A stretch of 64,000 nt of DNA, taken from assembly GCA_902524535.1 (NCBI GenBank), contig CABZDR010000004.1:11902-75901 (forward strand), read 5' to 3'. Positions within the stretch are counted from its first letter, which is position 1. Every line of letters starts with the position of its first letter. The translations under genes were made by a program, and so were the position numbers. This DNA is from an uncultured Pelagibacteraceae bacterium. GTDB taxonomy: Bacteria > Pseudomonadota > Alphaproteobacteria > Pelagibacterales > Pelagibacteraceae. This document shows positions 18,641 to 28,131 of the stretch, piece after piece. A model generated the notes under the pieces. That model worked only from the letters and a program-made list of their open reading frames with translations, had not been told where the DNA came from and did no database searches.

Positions 18641-20338
18641 ATGAACAAGATTCTTTCAAGTTTAATTATTTTAATGATTTTTTTTGCATGGTGGTGCGCA
18701 TTAATAATCGGATTATCTTGGGATGAATATTTTCACCATATTAATGGCCTGGTTAGATATAATTTTCTAACATCCTTGGGTGATTTTCAGAAATTTGAGT
18801 TTAGGAACAATAAATTTTATCCAGGACTGTATGACACTATTTCATATGCTTTTGGACAAATCTTTCTTTTTATAAATAAAAAGTTTTACGTGCAAAATAT
18901 CGATCTAATTATGCATGTGGTAAATATCTCTTTTTCATCATTAAGTATTTTGGGATTATATTTATTAACTAAAGTAATATTTAATAAAAAGATTGCATTG
19001 TTTTCAGTATTATTGACTTTACTTAATCCCTTCTTTTTTGGCCACATGGGAATGAATTCAAAGGATATAATCGTTTTTTTTAGTTTTATATGGTTTTGTT
19101 ATTTTTTTTATCTTTACTGTAAAAAAGAAGAAAAAATATTTAAAAATTTGATCTTGGCATCTTTGTGCATTGGATTTGGGTGTGGAGTAAGGTTAACATT
19201 TTTAATTGTAATCTTTCCAGCCATTGTACTTGGTTTCATTTTTTTAATTAAAAAATATAAGTCGAATTATTTAAATTTAGTTAAAAGACTTTCTTTACAT
19301 ATCCCTATAGTTTTTTTAATTACGGTATTTTTAGTAATTTTATGTTGGCCACATTTTATTGTAGAAATACAGAAAGGTAATTTTATTGAATTTATTTCGC
19401 TAATAATTAAAAACACAATCAATTGGATCGATGGACCAAAAATTGGCTTAATAAACGGAGAATTCTATGAGGTATTTAACACACCTAGAACTTATTTTTT
19501 AGATTTAATTATTTTCAGATTACCGTTCTATTTCACTCTTTTATTAATTAGTACTTATTTTTTGATTTTTTCAAAAAAAATAAACACTAACAATGAAATA
19601 GAAAATTTTGGTAAAAAATTTATTTTATTAAATTTTATCGCCTTTTTTCCTATAGTTTTGGCATTAATTTTAAGAGTAAATATTTATGATAATTTAAGAT
19701 TATTTTTATTCATAATTCCATTTTTAAGCATAATTTCAGCTTTAGCTTTAAATTATTTTTTTGAAAATTTTAAAAATTATACGCAAATAAAAGTTATTAC
19801 AGTTTTTATATTTTTTTTATTTTCATTATCATTTTATAGATTTGTTATTCTTACACCTTACCAATATACTTATGTAAACTATTCGTATTTAAAACTTGAA
19901 AATAGCATAGGAAAGTTCGAACATGATTATTGGGGCTCATCTTACAAAGAATTAGTGAAAAAAATTAAACAAAAATATAGTAAAGAGGAAATAAAGAATT
20001 TCAAAATAGCTGATTGTGGAGGTGGTGACTACACTCTTATTTATTATTTGAATAAATACTTAGGAGTTAAAAAAACTTTCAGTAATATTGATGTGTTAGA
20101 TCAAGCAACTCACATTGTTATGAATAATAGAGTTTTTTTAGATGTATTTGAAAACGAGCACGTAAAAGGTCTAGTTAATGAGAAGGGAAGTATGTTAGTT
20201 AAGGATATGGAAAAAGTATCAAGAGCACCAAATATACGTCAAACATGTTTTGACTATAAGCCATTCAGTGGAAAAAATGCTGTTGTTGTTACAAGAGATG
20301 GTCTGCCACTTACGATTTTTAGAGAAGTAGATAAATAG
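18641..20338 (+). CDS. GT-C fold membrane glycosyltransferase (GT39/ArnT-like)
   Basis: SWDE near the N-terminus, Y.G.YD, NP.FFGH..MN.KD, WP, YD..R..LF, DYWG.SY; many TM segments. Confidence 0.7.
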   Translation: MNKILSSLIILMIFFAWWCALIIGLSWDEYFHHINGLVRYNFLTSLGDFQKFEFRNNKFYPGLYDTISYAFGQIFLFINKKFYVQNIDLIMHVVNISFSSLSILGLYLLTKVIFNKKIALFSVLLTLLNPFFFGHMGMNSKDIIVFFSFIWFCYFFYLYCKKEEKIFKNLILASLCIGFGCGVRLTFLIVIFPAIVLGFIFLIKKYKSNYLNLVKRLSLHIPIVFLITVFLVILCWPHFIVEIQKGNFIEFISLIIKNTINWIDGPKIGLINGEFYEVFNTPRTYFLDLIIFRLPFYFTLLLISTYFLIFSKKINTNNEIENFGKKFILLNFIAFFPIVLALILRVNIYDNLRLFLFIIPFLSIISALALNYFFENFKNYTQIKVITVFIFFLFSLSFYRFVILTPYQYTYVNYSYLKLENSIGKFEHDYWGSSYKELVKKIKQKYSKEEIKNFKIADCGGGDYTLIYYLNKYLGVKKTFSNIDVLDQATHIVMNNRVFLDVFENEHVKGLVNEKGSMLVKDMEKVSRAPNIRQTCFDYKPFSGKNAVVVTRDGLPLTIFREVDK

Positions 20339-20341
20339 TAT

Positions 20342-21115
20342 TTACTTTATAATTGCTTTAACTGACCCCAATTTATCTATTTTTCCAGTGAAAATACCTT
20401 TACCTTTGATAGGCACAACCCCAACAGAAGATCCTGTAAAAACCCAAAAATCTTTATTAAGATTTTTTTTGTCTTTCTTAACTTTGTTCAAAACAAATCT
20501 TAATGAATTTAATGGATTTATATAAACAGTATTTGTATTCCCATTCACACTTTGATTGATTTTTTTGTTAGAAATATTTGTTTTTAAATTACCAACATTA
20601 AATTTTTTATATTTTTTTTTTGGTCCAATTAAAAATTTTATGTTAGCACCAAAATCACTACACAAATCACCAAAAGAAGTAATGCCTTTTTTTCTCTGCC
20701 TATAGCCTACAACTTCAATACAAGGCGCTATATGAGAAATGTATTTAGATATATTTTTCATTGTGATAATGCCTTTAGATGAGAAAAAAGATCTTTTAAT
20801 TTTATAACAAACTTCAAGCTCTATACCTAAAGTTGACTTATTTATTTTTACAATTTTACCATTTTTTAAAACATTTTTGTCATAGACTGAGGCATAAAAA
20901 GGTTCTTTTTCTTTTAATTTTTTTATAAGAGGAATACCAGTTCCAGCTGCTTTAAAACCAATGACTGGAAGTTTAATTTTACTTTCACATAATTTTCGTA
21001 ATTTTTGAGCTTCATTTATTTTTTTACAAAATTTTGATGGTATTGGAGCAATGATCTTATTTTTTAAAAAGGCATTGACTAATTTATCAGATGTTTTTTC
21101 AATTAAAGATTTCAT
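20342..21115 (-). CDS. Fumarylacetoacetate hydrolase superfamily, 2-keto-4-pentenoate hydratase-like
   Basis: GFKAAGT, GIELEV, APCIEV, SDFGAN, NPLNSL, VFTGS. Confidence 0.75.
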   Translation of the reverse strand: MKSLIEKTSDKLVNAFLKNKIIAPIPSKFCKKINEAQKLRKLCESKIKLPVIGFKAAGTGIPLIKKLKEKEPFYASVYDKNVLKNGKIVKINKSTLGIELEVCYKIKRSFFSSKGIITMKNISKYISHIAPCIEVVGYRQRKKGITSFGDLCSDFGANIKFLIGPKKKYKKFNVGNLKTNISNKKINQSVNGNTNTVYINPLNSLRFVLNKVKKDKKNLNKDFWVFTGSSVGVVPIKGKGIFTGKIDKLGSVKAIIK

Positions 21116-21119
21116 AATT

Positions 21120-21923
21120 CTAGTTTAATACCGACATTGGGTCGAGTCTAGTCTGAAACCAATTAATCCTAAAATCTAAGTGAGGCCCCGTAGATCTACC
21201 AGTTGAACCAACGGTACCAATTATATCACCTTGATTTATTTTATCTCCAACAGAAACCATTACATTTTCAAGATGAGAATAAATTGTTGATATTCCATGT
21301 CCGTGATCCATAATGATTGTACCTCCAGTATAATAAAGATCATCTTCAGCCATAGTCACTGTACCAGATCCGGAGGATTTAATCATTGTTCCTTGTTTGG
21401 CAGCAATGTCAATTCCGTAGTGAGGCCATTTTGGTTTACCATTTAAAATCCTTTGACTTCCATAAACTCCACTAATAATTCCCTCAACCGGCATAATGAA
21501 TTGATTTCTAAAAAAAGGTAAGTCAGAATTAATTGATCTTGCTTTTCCAATTTTATTATTTTCATCCTTAATTCTCTTATAAACAGACTCTGGTGGTGTT
21601 ACTTTACTCTCTTCAAGTCCATCAATTCTTTGAATATTATATTTTCGTTTTAAAACCTTTTTGATTATTTTTTCTTTTTTTCCATTTTGAATCTTTGTAA
21701 TTGTTAAATCAAATTTTCTATCTCGATCAATTCCAAAAACAAAGTAACCATCATTTGAAACTTTTACTTCTTTTTTATCTATTAAAATTTTTGCAGAAGG
21801 ATTAGTAATTCCAATAATATAATGACCTTGAAGGAATTTGCCTTCAAATTCTATAGCATTTGAATGAGTTGATATTAAAAAGATTATCAAAAAAAATAAT
21901 CTAAATTTTATTTTGCCGTCCAT
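21120..21923 (-). CDS. M23 family metallopeptidase
   Basis: HYGIDIA, DHGHGISTIYSHL, VGSTGRSTGPHLD; N-terminal signal peptide. Confidence 0.92.
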   Translation of the reverse strand: MDGKIKFRLFFLIIFLISTHSNAIEFEGKFLQGHYIIGITNPSAKILIDKKEVKVSNDGYFVFGIDRDRKFDLTITKIQNGKKEKIIKKVLKRKYNIQRIDGLEESKVTPPESVYKRIKDENNKIGKARSINSDLPFFRNQFIMPVEGIISGVYGSQRILNGKPKWPHYGIDIAAKQGTMIKSSGSGTVTMAEDDLYYTGGTIIMDHGHGISTIYSHLENVMVSVGDKINQGDIIGTVGSTGRSTGPHLDFRINWFQTRLDPMSVLN

Positions 21924-22675
21924 CCACCATCAACCAATAATGAAGTGCCTGTAATCATGGATGCAGCATCTGAGGCCAAAAAGACTACAGCTGATGCTAC
22001 TTCAGACAACTCTGCAAATCTTCCTAAAGGGATATTATTCAACATATCTCGTTTAAATTTCTTATCTCTTAAAAATTTTTTAGTCATCGGAGTCACAACA
22101 AACGTTGGACAAACCGTATTTACTCTTATGTTATATTTTGCAAGATCAATTGACATTCCTTTTGTTAAACCCTCTAAACCAAATTTATTCATATTGTAGA
22201 CACTTCTTATGGGGCCACCAACATGACCCATCTGAGAGGACATATTAACTATAGATCCACCTATTTTTTTTCTATTTTTAGATTTAATCATTTTTAATGC
22301 ACAAAGATGAGCCAGGTTAAAACTTGCTATGGTATTTATTTTAACCATATATTCCATATCTTCCTTTTTGACTTTGGTAAAATGTGCTGGTCTATTATTT
22401 CCAGCATTGTTAATTAAGATATCTATTCTTGACTGTTTATTAATGATTTTTTTTATTTCATTATAATCTGTGATATCACAAACATGAGATTTACACTTTG
22501 ACTTAAACTTTTTTATTTTCTTATAAACTTCGTTTAAATCTTTATTAGTTCTGCTGATTATGATCAAATTTGCACCAGCCTCAGCTAAAGCGATCGCGCA
22601 TGCTCTACCAATACCTTTACCAGCACCTGTCACAACTGCAGTTTTATTTCTCAAATTATAATTTTTAAGGAACAT
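21908..22675 (-). CDS. SDR oxidoreductase, HpsO-like (candidate DHPS dehydrogenase)
   Basis: TGAGKGIG, NNAG, SSQMGHVGG..RSVY...K, NTVCPTF..TP, DGGWTA. The SSQMGHVG/CPTF subfamily is recalled as matching HpsO; SDR call is firm, HpsO call tentative. Confidence 0.75.
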   Translation of the reverse strand: MFLKNYNLRNKTAVVTGAGKGIGRACAIALAEAGANLIIISRTNKDLNEVYKKIKKFKSKCKSHVCDITDYNEIKKIINKQSRIDILINNAGNNRPAHFTKVKKEDMEYMVKINTIASFNLAHLCALKMIKSKNRKKIGGSIVNMSSQMGHVGGPIRSVYNMNKFGLEGLTKGMSIDLAKYNIRVNTVCPTFVVTPMTKKFLRDKKFKRDMLNNIPLGRFAELSEVASAVVFLASDAASMITGTSLLVDGGWTAK

Positions 22676-23268
22676 TATAAAAATAATATTTTAATATCAG
22701 TGTAAATCAACTCAATAGCAACAATAAGAATTGCTAATAAACCAGCCCAAGCTATCCATTTATACTTTTTAATCCAATTGGAAATTAATGTTGCAGCAGT
22801 TGCCATTAAAACAATTGATAAAATCAGTCCAAAAACAAGCAAATAGTAGTGATCTCCAGCTGCCCCAGCAACACCCAAAACATTATCCAAACTCATTGTA
22901 AAATCAGCAAGTAGAATAGTCCAAATTGCTTTTATAAAGCTAGAGTTGTCTACTTTAATATTATCTTGATGATTTGAACCTTTCACAACATCAATATAAA
23001 GTTTGTAAACTATATAAAGAAGAAGAAGACCACCAATTAATCTTAAACCCGTAATTTGCAACAAGTAAGCAGTTAATAAAGTTAATATAATTCTTAAAAC
23101 AACAGCACCACCTATGCCCCAAAAAATAATTTTTTTTCTCTGTTCTAGTGGAAATTTAGAAGCAACCATTCCAATAATGATTGCATTATCACCAGCAAGC
23201 ACAAGATCTATTAAGATAATTTGCGTTAAAATAGTAATTTGCTCTGGCGTAACAAAATCAGATAACAT
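22675..23268 (-). CDS. TerC/YjbE family membrane protein
   Basis: QIILIDLVLAGDNAIIIG, ILLADFTMSLDNVLGVAGAA. Confidence 0.9.
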   Translation of the reverse strand: MLSDFVTPEQITILTQIILIDLVLAGDNAIIIGMVASKFPLEQRKKIIFWGIGGAVVLRIILTLLTAYLLQITGLRLIGGLLLLYIVYKLYIDVVKGSNHQDNIKVDNSSFIKAIWTILLADFTMSLDNVLGVAGAAGDHYYLLVFGLILSIVLMATAATLISNWIKKYKWIAWAGLLAILIVAIELIYTDIKILFL

Positions 23269-24863
23269 TAACCTTTAAGTATCATATCAGCACCTTTTTC
23301 TGCAATCATTATTGTTGGTGCATTTGTATTACCTGAAGTTATATTAGGCATTATTGATGCATCAATCACTCTTAAATTTTTTAAACCTTTTACTTTAAGT
23401 GTTTCATCGACCACTGCCATGTCGTCTTGACCCATTTTACAAGTACCAACAGGATGAAAAATAGTTTGAGCATAATCTGAGCCAGCTTTAACCAATTCTT
23501 CATCATCATTAATATTGATGCCAGGTCTATATTCTTCAGGTTTATATTTTTTAAAAGTTTCAGACTCCATAACAATTTTTCTTGTCAGCTTTAATCCTTT
23601 TGCAGCGATTATTCTATCATGCTGAGTTGAAAGATAATTAAGTTTTACCTTTGCGTAAATTCTTGAATCTTTATTTGTAATATTTACAAAACCTCTACTT
23701 GTTGGTCTAATATTTGATACTGTTGGAGTAAAGGCGTGAAAGTCATGATTTTTAGTTGCACCTAAAGTGTCCATACTCATAGGCTGAACATGCCATTGCA
23801 GATCTGGTAATTCAACAGATGGATCACTTTTAGCGAACATACACATTTGACTAGCACCCATAGTCATTGGTCCACTTCGATTAAAAACATACTCAAGACC
23901 AATCATTAGTTTACCAAATAAACTATTAACTTTTTTATTTAAGGATTTTAATCCATGAATTTTATAAATCGGTCTAAACATGAGATGATCCTGAAGATTT
24001 TCTCCAACCCCTTTTAGATCATGAGTTAAATCTATACCTAAATTTTTTAATTTATCGAAGTTACCAATTCCGGATACTTGTAAAATTTGTGGCGAACCAA
24101 TTGATCCTGATGAAAGAATAATTTCTTTATTTGCCAATATCTTTTTAAGTTCATTTCCTTGCCAGTACTCAACACTTTTAGCTATTTTATTTTCAAAGTT
24201 TATTTTTTTTACGTGTGCATTGGTAATTATATTAAGATTATTTCTATTTTTAATAGGATTTAAATATCCAACAGCTGTACTACATCTGAAACCATCTTTT
24301 TCAGTGACTTGAAAATAACCACATCCATGATTATCGCCAGTATTAAAATCTCTTGTTTTTGGAATTCCAAATTCTTCAGCTGCATTTTGAAACTCATTTA
24401 ATAATGGGAGTTGAATTCTTTGATCAGATACAGATAGCGGTCCACCAACACCGTGAAAATCGTCTTTTCCACGCTCTTGATTTTCTGCTTTAATAAAATA
24501 AGGGAGGACATCATCCCATCCCCAGCCAGTATTACCTAATTGACGCCAGATATCGTAATCTCTACTTTGTCCTCTGATATATAAAAGGCCATTTATAGCT
24601 GAACTTCCCCCTAAAGTTTTTCCCCTAGGATAACGAATTGAACGGTTATTCATTGTTTCATCAGGCTCTGTTTTATAACACCAATCTACAGAAGGGTTGT
24701 GCATTGTTTTAAAATATCCAACGGGTATATGTATCCAGGGATAGTTATCTTTTCCACCAGCCTCAATTAATAAAACTTTATTTTGAGAATTTTCAGAAAG
24801 ACGATTTGCAAGAACACATCCTGCAGATCCAGCACCAATAATTACAAAATCAAAGTTTTCCAT
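23268..24863 (-). CDS. GMC family FAD oxidoreductase (choline/isethionate dehydrogenase-like)
   Basis: GAGSAGC, RGKTLGGSSAING, GENLQDH, TIFHPVGTCKMG, DASIMP..TSGNTNAPTIMIAEK. Confidence 0.92.
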   Translation of the reverse strand: MENFDFVIIGAGSAGCVLANRLSENSQNKVLLIEAGGKDNYPWIHIPVGYFKTMHNPSVDWCYKTEPDETMNNRSIRYPRGKTLGGSSAINGLLYIRGQSRDYDIWRQLGNTGWGWDDVLPYFIKAENQERGKDDFHGVGGPLSVSDQRIQLPLLNEFQNAAEEFGIPKTRDFNTGDNHGCGYFQVTEKDGFRCSTAVGYLNPIKNRNNLNIITNAHVKKINFENKIAKSVEYWQGNELKKILANKEIILSSGSIGSPQILQVSGIGNFDKLKNLGIDLTHDLKGVGENLQDHLMFRPIYKIHGLKSLNKKVNSLFGKLMIGLEYVFNRSGPMTMGASQMCMFAKSDPSVELPDLQWHVQPMSMDTLGATKNHDFHAFTPTVSNIRPTSRGFVNITNKDSRIYAKVKLNYLSTQHDRIIAAKGLKLTRKIVMESETFKKYKPEEYRPGININDDEELVKAGSDYAQTIFHPVGTCKMGQDDMAVVDETLKVKGLKNLRVIDASIMPNITSGNTNAPTIMIAEKGADMILKG

Positions 24864-24996
24864 CTCAAGTTGAATAGTTTTTTTAATTAAACTTATTTAA
24901 TGATAATTACAACTATATCAACTAATTGTCACTTGTGTGAGCTTTGTTTTTCTGATTACATCATGTTGTTAAATTTAACTAACAAGAGGAATAATA

Positions 24997-26091
24997 ATGA
25001 AAAAAATCATTTCAATGTTATTTGCAACAATTCTAGTTCTTGGATTTACATCAAGCGCTAATGCTGCAAAAACATTAAAGTGTCAAACTGTTCTTAACAC
25101 TAAGGCCGACGAGGTTAAAATGTTAAAGGACTTTACTGATACTGTAACTGAATTAACTAGCGGGTCATTAAAATTTGAAATATTGCCTGCAGGCGCAGTT
25201 GTTGGAGTTAAAGAAACTCTAGATGCTGTTGACAAAGGATTAATAGACTGTGGATTTGCTTGGACCCACTATTGGTCAGGTGACCATCCTGCTGCTATGT
25301 TGTTTGGTTCGCCAGTAGCTGGTGGTGGAGTAGGTATTGATAATATCGCTTTCTTATCATGGTTCCAATATGGTGGTGGTAAAGAGTTATACGATCAACT
25401 TTGGAAAGAAATGGGAAGAGATATTAAAGGATTTATGATTCAACCAGTTGGCCCAGAAGCTTTAGGTTGGTTTCCAAAACCAATTAAAGATATGGCTGAC
25501 TTTAGAAAGTATAAATTCAGAACTCCTCCAGGAATTCCAGGACAAACTTACAAAGATATTGGTATAGCATCTGTTGCAATGGGTGGTGGAGATATTCTTC
25601 CAGCTCTTGAGGCAGGAACTATTGATGCTGCTGAGTGGTGTTGTCCAAAACCAGATTTAACATTTGGTTTTCAAAAAGTCTTAAAGCACTATTACTTACA
25701 AGGTTTACACCAAGTGGTCGTAAATGCTGACTTTTATATTACTGGAAAAACGTACAATGCTATGAGCGCTCATGAGAAAAAGTCACTTGAGGTAGCTGCT
25801 AATGCTTCATTAGCAAAATCTTTAAGTTACAGAATCTATGAGAATGGTAAAGCTTTAAGAGAGCTAACTACCAAACATGGAGTAATTCTAGAAGATACAC
25901 CTTCAGATTATTTCACAGAATATATGGCTGCAGCAAAAGCATCTTTAAATAAGAATGCTAAAGATAATAAATTTTTTAACGAAGTTTACACTTCAATGAA
26001 GAATTTCGCTGATGTTGCTGTTCCTTTCTGGAGTGGTGCTCAAATGTCTAATGCGAAGCTAGGAATGGCTCACGCGGCGACATTAAAGTAA
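24997..26091 (+). CDS. TRAP transporter substrate-binding protein (DctP, TakP-like)
   Basis: Signal peptide, LPAGAVV...LDAVDKGLID, HYWSG, KFRTP, LPALEAGTIDAAEW; SD GAGGA. Confidence 0.92.
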   Translation: MKKIISMLFATILVLGFTSSANAAKTLKCQTVLNTKADEVKMLKDFTDTVTELTSGSLKFEILPAGAVVGVKETLDAVDKGLIDCGFAWTHYWSGDHPAAMLFGSPVAGGGVGIDNIAFLSWFQYGGGKELYDQLWKEMGRDIKGFMIQPVGPEALGWFPKPIKDMADFRKYKFRTPPGIPGQTYKDIGIASVAMGGGDILPALEAGTIDAAEWCCPKPDLTFGFQKVLKHYYLQGLHQVVVNADFYITGKTYNAMSAHEKKSLEVAANASLAKSLSYRIYENGKALRELTTKHGVILEDTPSDYFTEYMAAAKASLNKNAKDNKFFNEVYTSMKNFADVAVPFWSGAQMSNAKLGMAHAATLK

Positions 26092-26112
26092 TCAGTAATT
26101 AATCTTGATTTT

Positions 26113-26148
26113 TTAGAGCGGACTATAAAAGTCCGCTCTAATTTTTTT
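26113..26148 (+). terminator. Stem-loop plus U-tract between dctP and dctQ (intrinsic terminator/attenuator)
   Basis: TTAGAGCGGACT-ATAAA-AGTCCGCTCTAA followed by TTTTTTT. Confidence 0.85.
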
Positions 26149-26160
26149 AACTAAAATTTT

Positions 26161-26775
26161 ATGGCAGAAGAACCTGGTAAACTAGACATCTCTGATGAAA
26201 TGATTGCCGAAAGGCGAGGTGGATCAGGTAAAATGCCAGCTGATATGCCATCATGGATGGCTAAATCTATTGTTAATATTGATAAATTCAGTAAGTGGAT
26301 TGGTAGTATTGTTTGTTGGATATTGATGCCACTAATTTTTGCAATGACTTATGAAGTTCTTGCAAGAAAATTATTTTTAGCACCAACAATTTGGGCTTAC
26401 GATATAAGTCGTTTTCTTTATGGTGCATTGTTTATGCTTGGTGCAGGATATGCTCTTTCTAGAGGAGTTCATATAAGAGCAGATTTTTTATACAGAAACT
26501 TTAAAATTAAAACACAAGGTCTTATTGATTTCTGGTTATATCTTTTATTTTATTTTCCAGGACTAATCGTTTTTCTTTATATGACCGTAGGTTTTGTTGA
26601 AGAGTCAATCAGAAGAGGCGAAAGAGGGATGGACACTACTTGGATGCCATATATGTGGCCCATCAAAACATGTTTGTTACTTGGAATTATTTTTTTGTTA
26701 ATTCAAGGTTTTTCAGAATTACTAAAAAGTTATTGGGCAGCTAAAAAAGGCGAATGGCCTGGAGAAACTAAATGA
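26161..26775 (+). CDS. TRAP transporter small permease (DctQ)
   Basis: YEV.AR..F.APTIWAYD, LGAGYAL..GVHIRAD; 4 TM. Confidence 0.92.
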   Translation: MAEEPGKLDISDEMIAERRGGSGKMPADMPSWMAKSIVNIDKFSKWIGSIVCWILMPLIFAMTYEVLARKLFLAPTIWAYDISRFLYGALFMLGAGYALSRGVHIRADFLYRNFKIKTQGLIDFWLYLLFYFPGLIVFLYMTVGFVEESIRRGERGMDTTWMPYMWPIKTCLLLGIIFLLIQGFSELLKSYWAAKKGEWPGETK

Positions 26776-28106
26776 TAGCTGAGTTTATAGATCCAGCAAT
26801 CTTAGGCTTTATCCTAGTTGGAGTAATGTTATTTGCAATATTTATAGGGTTTCCCATTTCATTCACCTTAATATTTCTAGGTTTTGTATTTGGCTATCTT
26901 GGGTTTGGAAAATTAGTTTTTTATTTAATGACCCTTCAATTTTCGATGGTCATGACCGAACAAACTCTCGCCGCCGTACCGCTCTTCGTTTTTATGGGTA
27001 TTATGATGGAACAAGCTGGATTGATGGAAAGGTTGTTTTCAGCATTTCAAATGATGCTAGCAAAAGTTAAGGGGTCTTTATATTACGCAGTTTTATTTGT
27101 TTCTGTAATATTTGCTGCAGCAACAGGAATTGTTGGTGCCTCTGTAACAATTCTTGGAATTATGGCGGCAAAATCTATGAATAGATCAGGGTATGATGTT
27201 AGACTTGCAGCTGGAACAATTACAGCCGGAGGAACTTTAGGAATATTAATTCCACCAAGCATTATGCTAGTTGTTATGGGGCCAATAATGGAAATTCCAG
27301 TAATTGATTTATTTGCTGCTGCAATCCTACCCGGAATTCTTCTTGCGAGCTTATACGCTGGTTACACAACAATTAGATGCATGATTAATCCTAAATTGGG
27401 ACCAATTATACCTGATGACATGAGAGCTGCGAGCATGAAAGATGTGTGGATTGAATTTTTTTTAGGTTTAGTTCCACCCGCGGCTTTAGTATTTGCAGCA
27501 CTAGGAAGTATTCTGTTTGGTTTTGCTACTCCAACTGAAGCTGCAGGATGTGGAGCTATGGGTGCGCTACTTCTTTCATTAGCCTATAAAAAGTTGACTT
27601 TTCCAAAGTTACAGGAAGCATTAGTCAAAACACTTGAAATAACTGCATTGATAATGGTTTTGGTTGCAGCTTCAAATTTTTTTGGTGCTGTTTTTGCAAG
27701 ACTTGGAACACCAACTTTATTAACTGAATTTTTATTAGGTCTTGAAATGAATAAGTATCTAATTTTAGCGATGGTTATGGTAATGATATTTTTATTAGGA
27801 TGGCCTTTAGAATGGGTGCCTATAGTAATGATTATTGTGCCAATAATATTACCATTAATTGAGGCATTAGGTTTTAATTTAACTTGGTTTGCAATATTAG
27901 TGGCTGTCAATTTACAAACCGCCTGGTTATCTCCTCCAGTTGCTCTTTCAGCTTATTTTTTAAAAGGTGTTGTTCCTGAATGGGATCTTAAAGATATATA
28001 TTATGGAATGATGCAATTTATGGTTCTACAAGTATTTGGTTTGATTTTAATTATCATTTTTCCAAAAATTGCACTTTGGTTGCCTACTCTCCTATATGGA
28101 CAGTAG
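26772..28106 (+). CDS. TRAP transporter large permease (DctM)
   Basis: AVPLFVFMG, AAATGIVGASV, GGTLGILIPPS, ATPTEAA, VNLQTAWLSPP. Confidence 0.95.
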   Translation: MIAEFIDPAILGFILVGVMLFAIFIGFPISFTLIFLGFVFGYLGFGKLVFYLMTLQFSMVMTEQTLAAVPLFVFMGIMMEQAGLMERLFSAFQMMLAKVKGSLYYAVLFVSVIFAAATGIVGASVTILGIMAAKSMNRSGYDVRLAAGTITAGGTLGILIPPSIMLVVMGPIMEIPVIDLFAAAILPGILLASLYAGYTTIRCMINPKLGPIIPDDMRAASMKDVWIEFFLGLVPPAALVFAALGSILFGFATPTEAAGCGAMGALLLSLAYKKLTFPKLQEALVKTLEITALIMVLVAASNFFGAVFARLGTPTLLTEFLLGLEMNKYLILAMVMVMIFLLGWPLEWVPIVMIIVPIILPLIEALGFNLTWFAILVAVNLQTAWLSPPVALSAYFLKGVVPEWDLKDIYYGMMQFMVLQVFGLILIIIFPKIALWLPTLLYGQ

Positions 28107-28131
28107 AATAATAAAGTTTTATATTAGTTAA

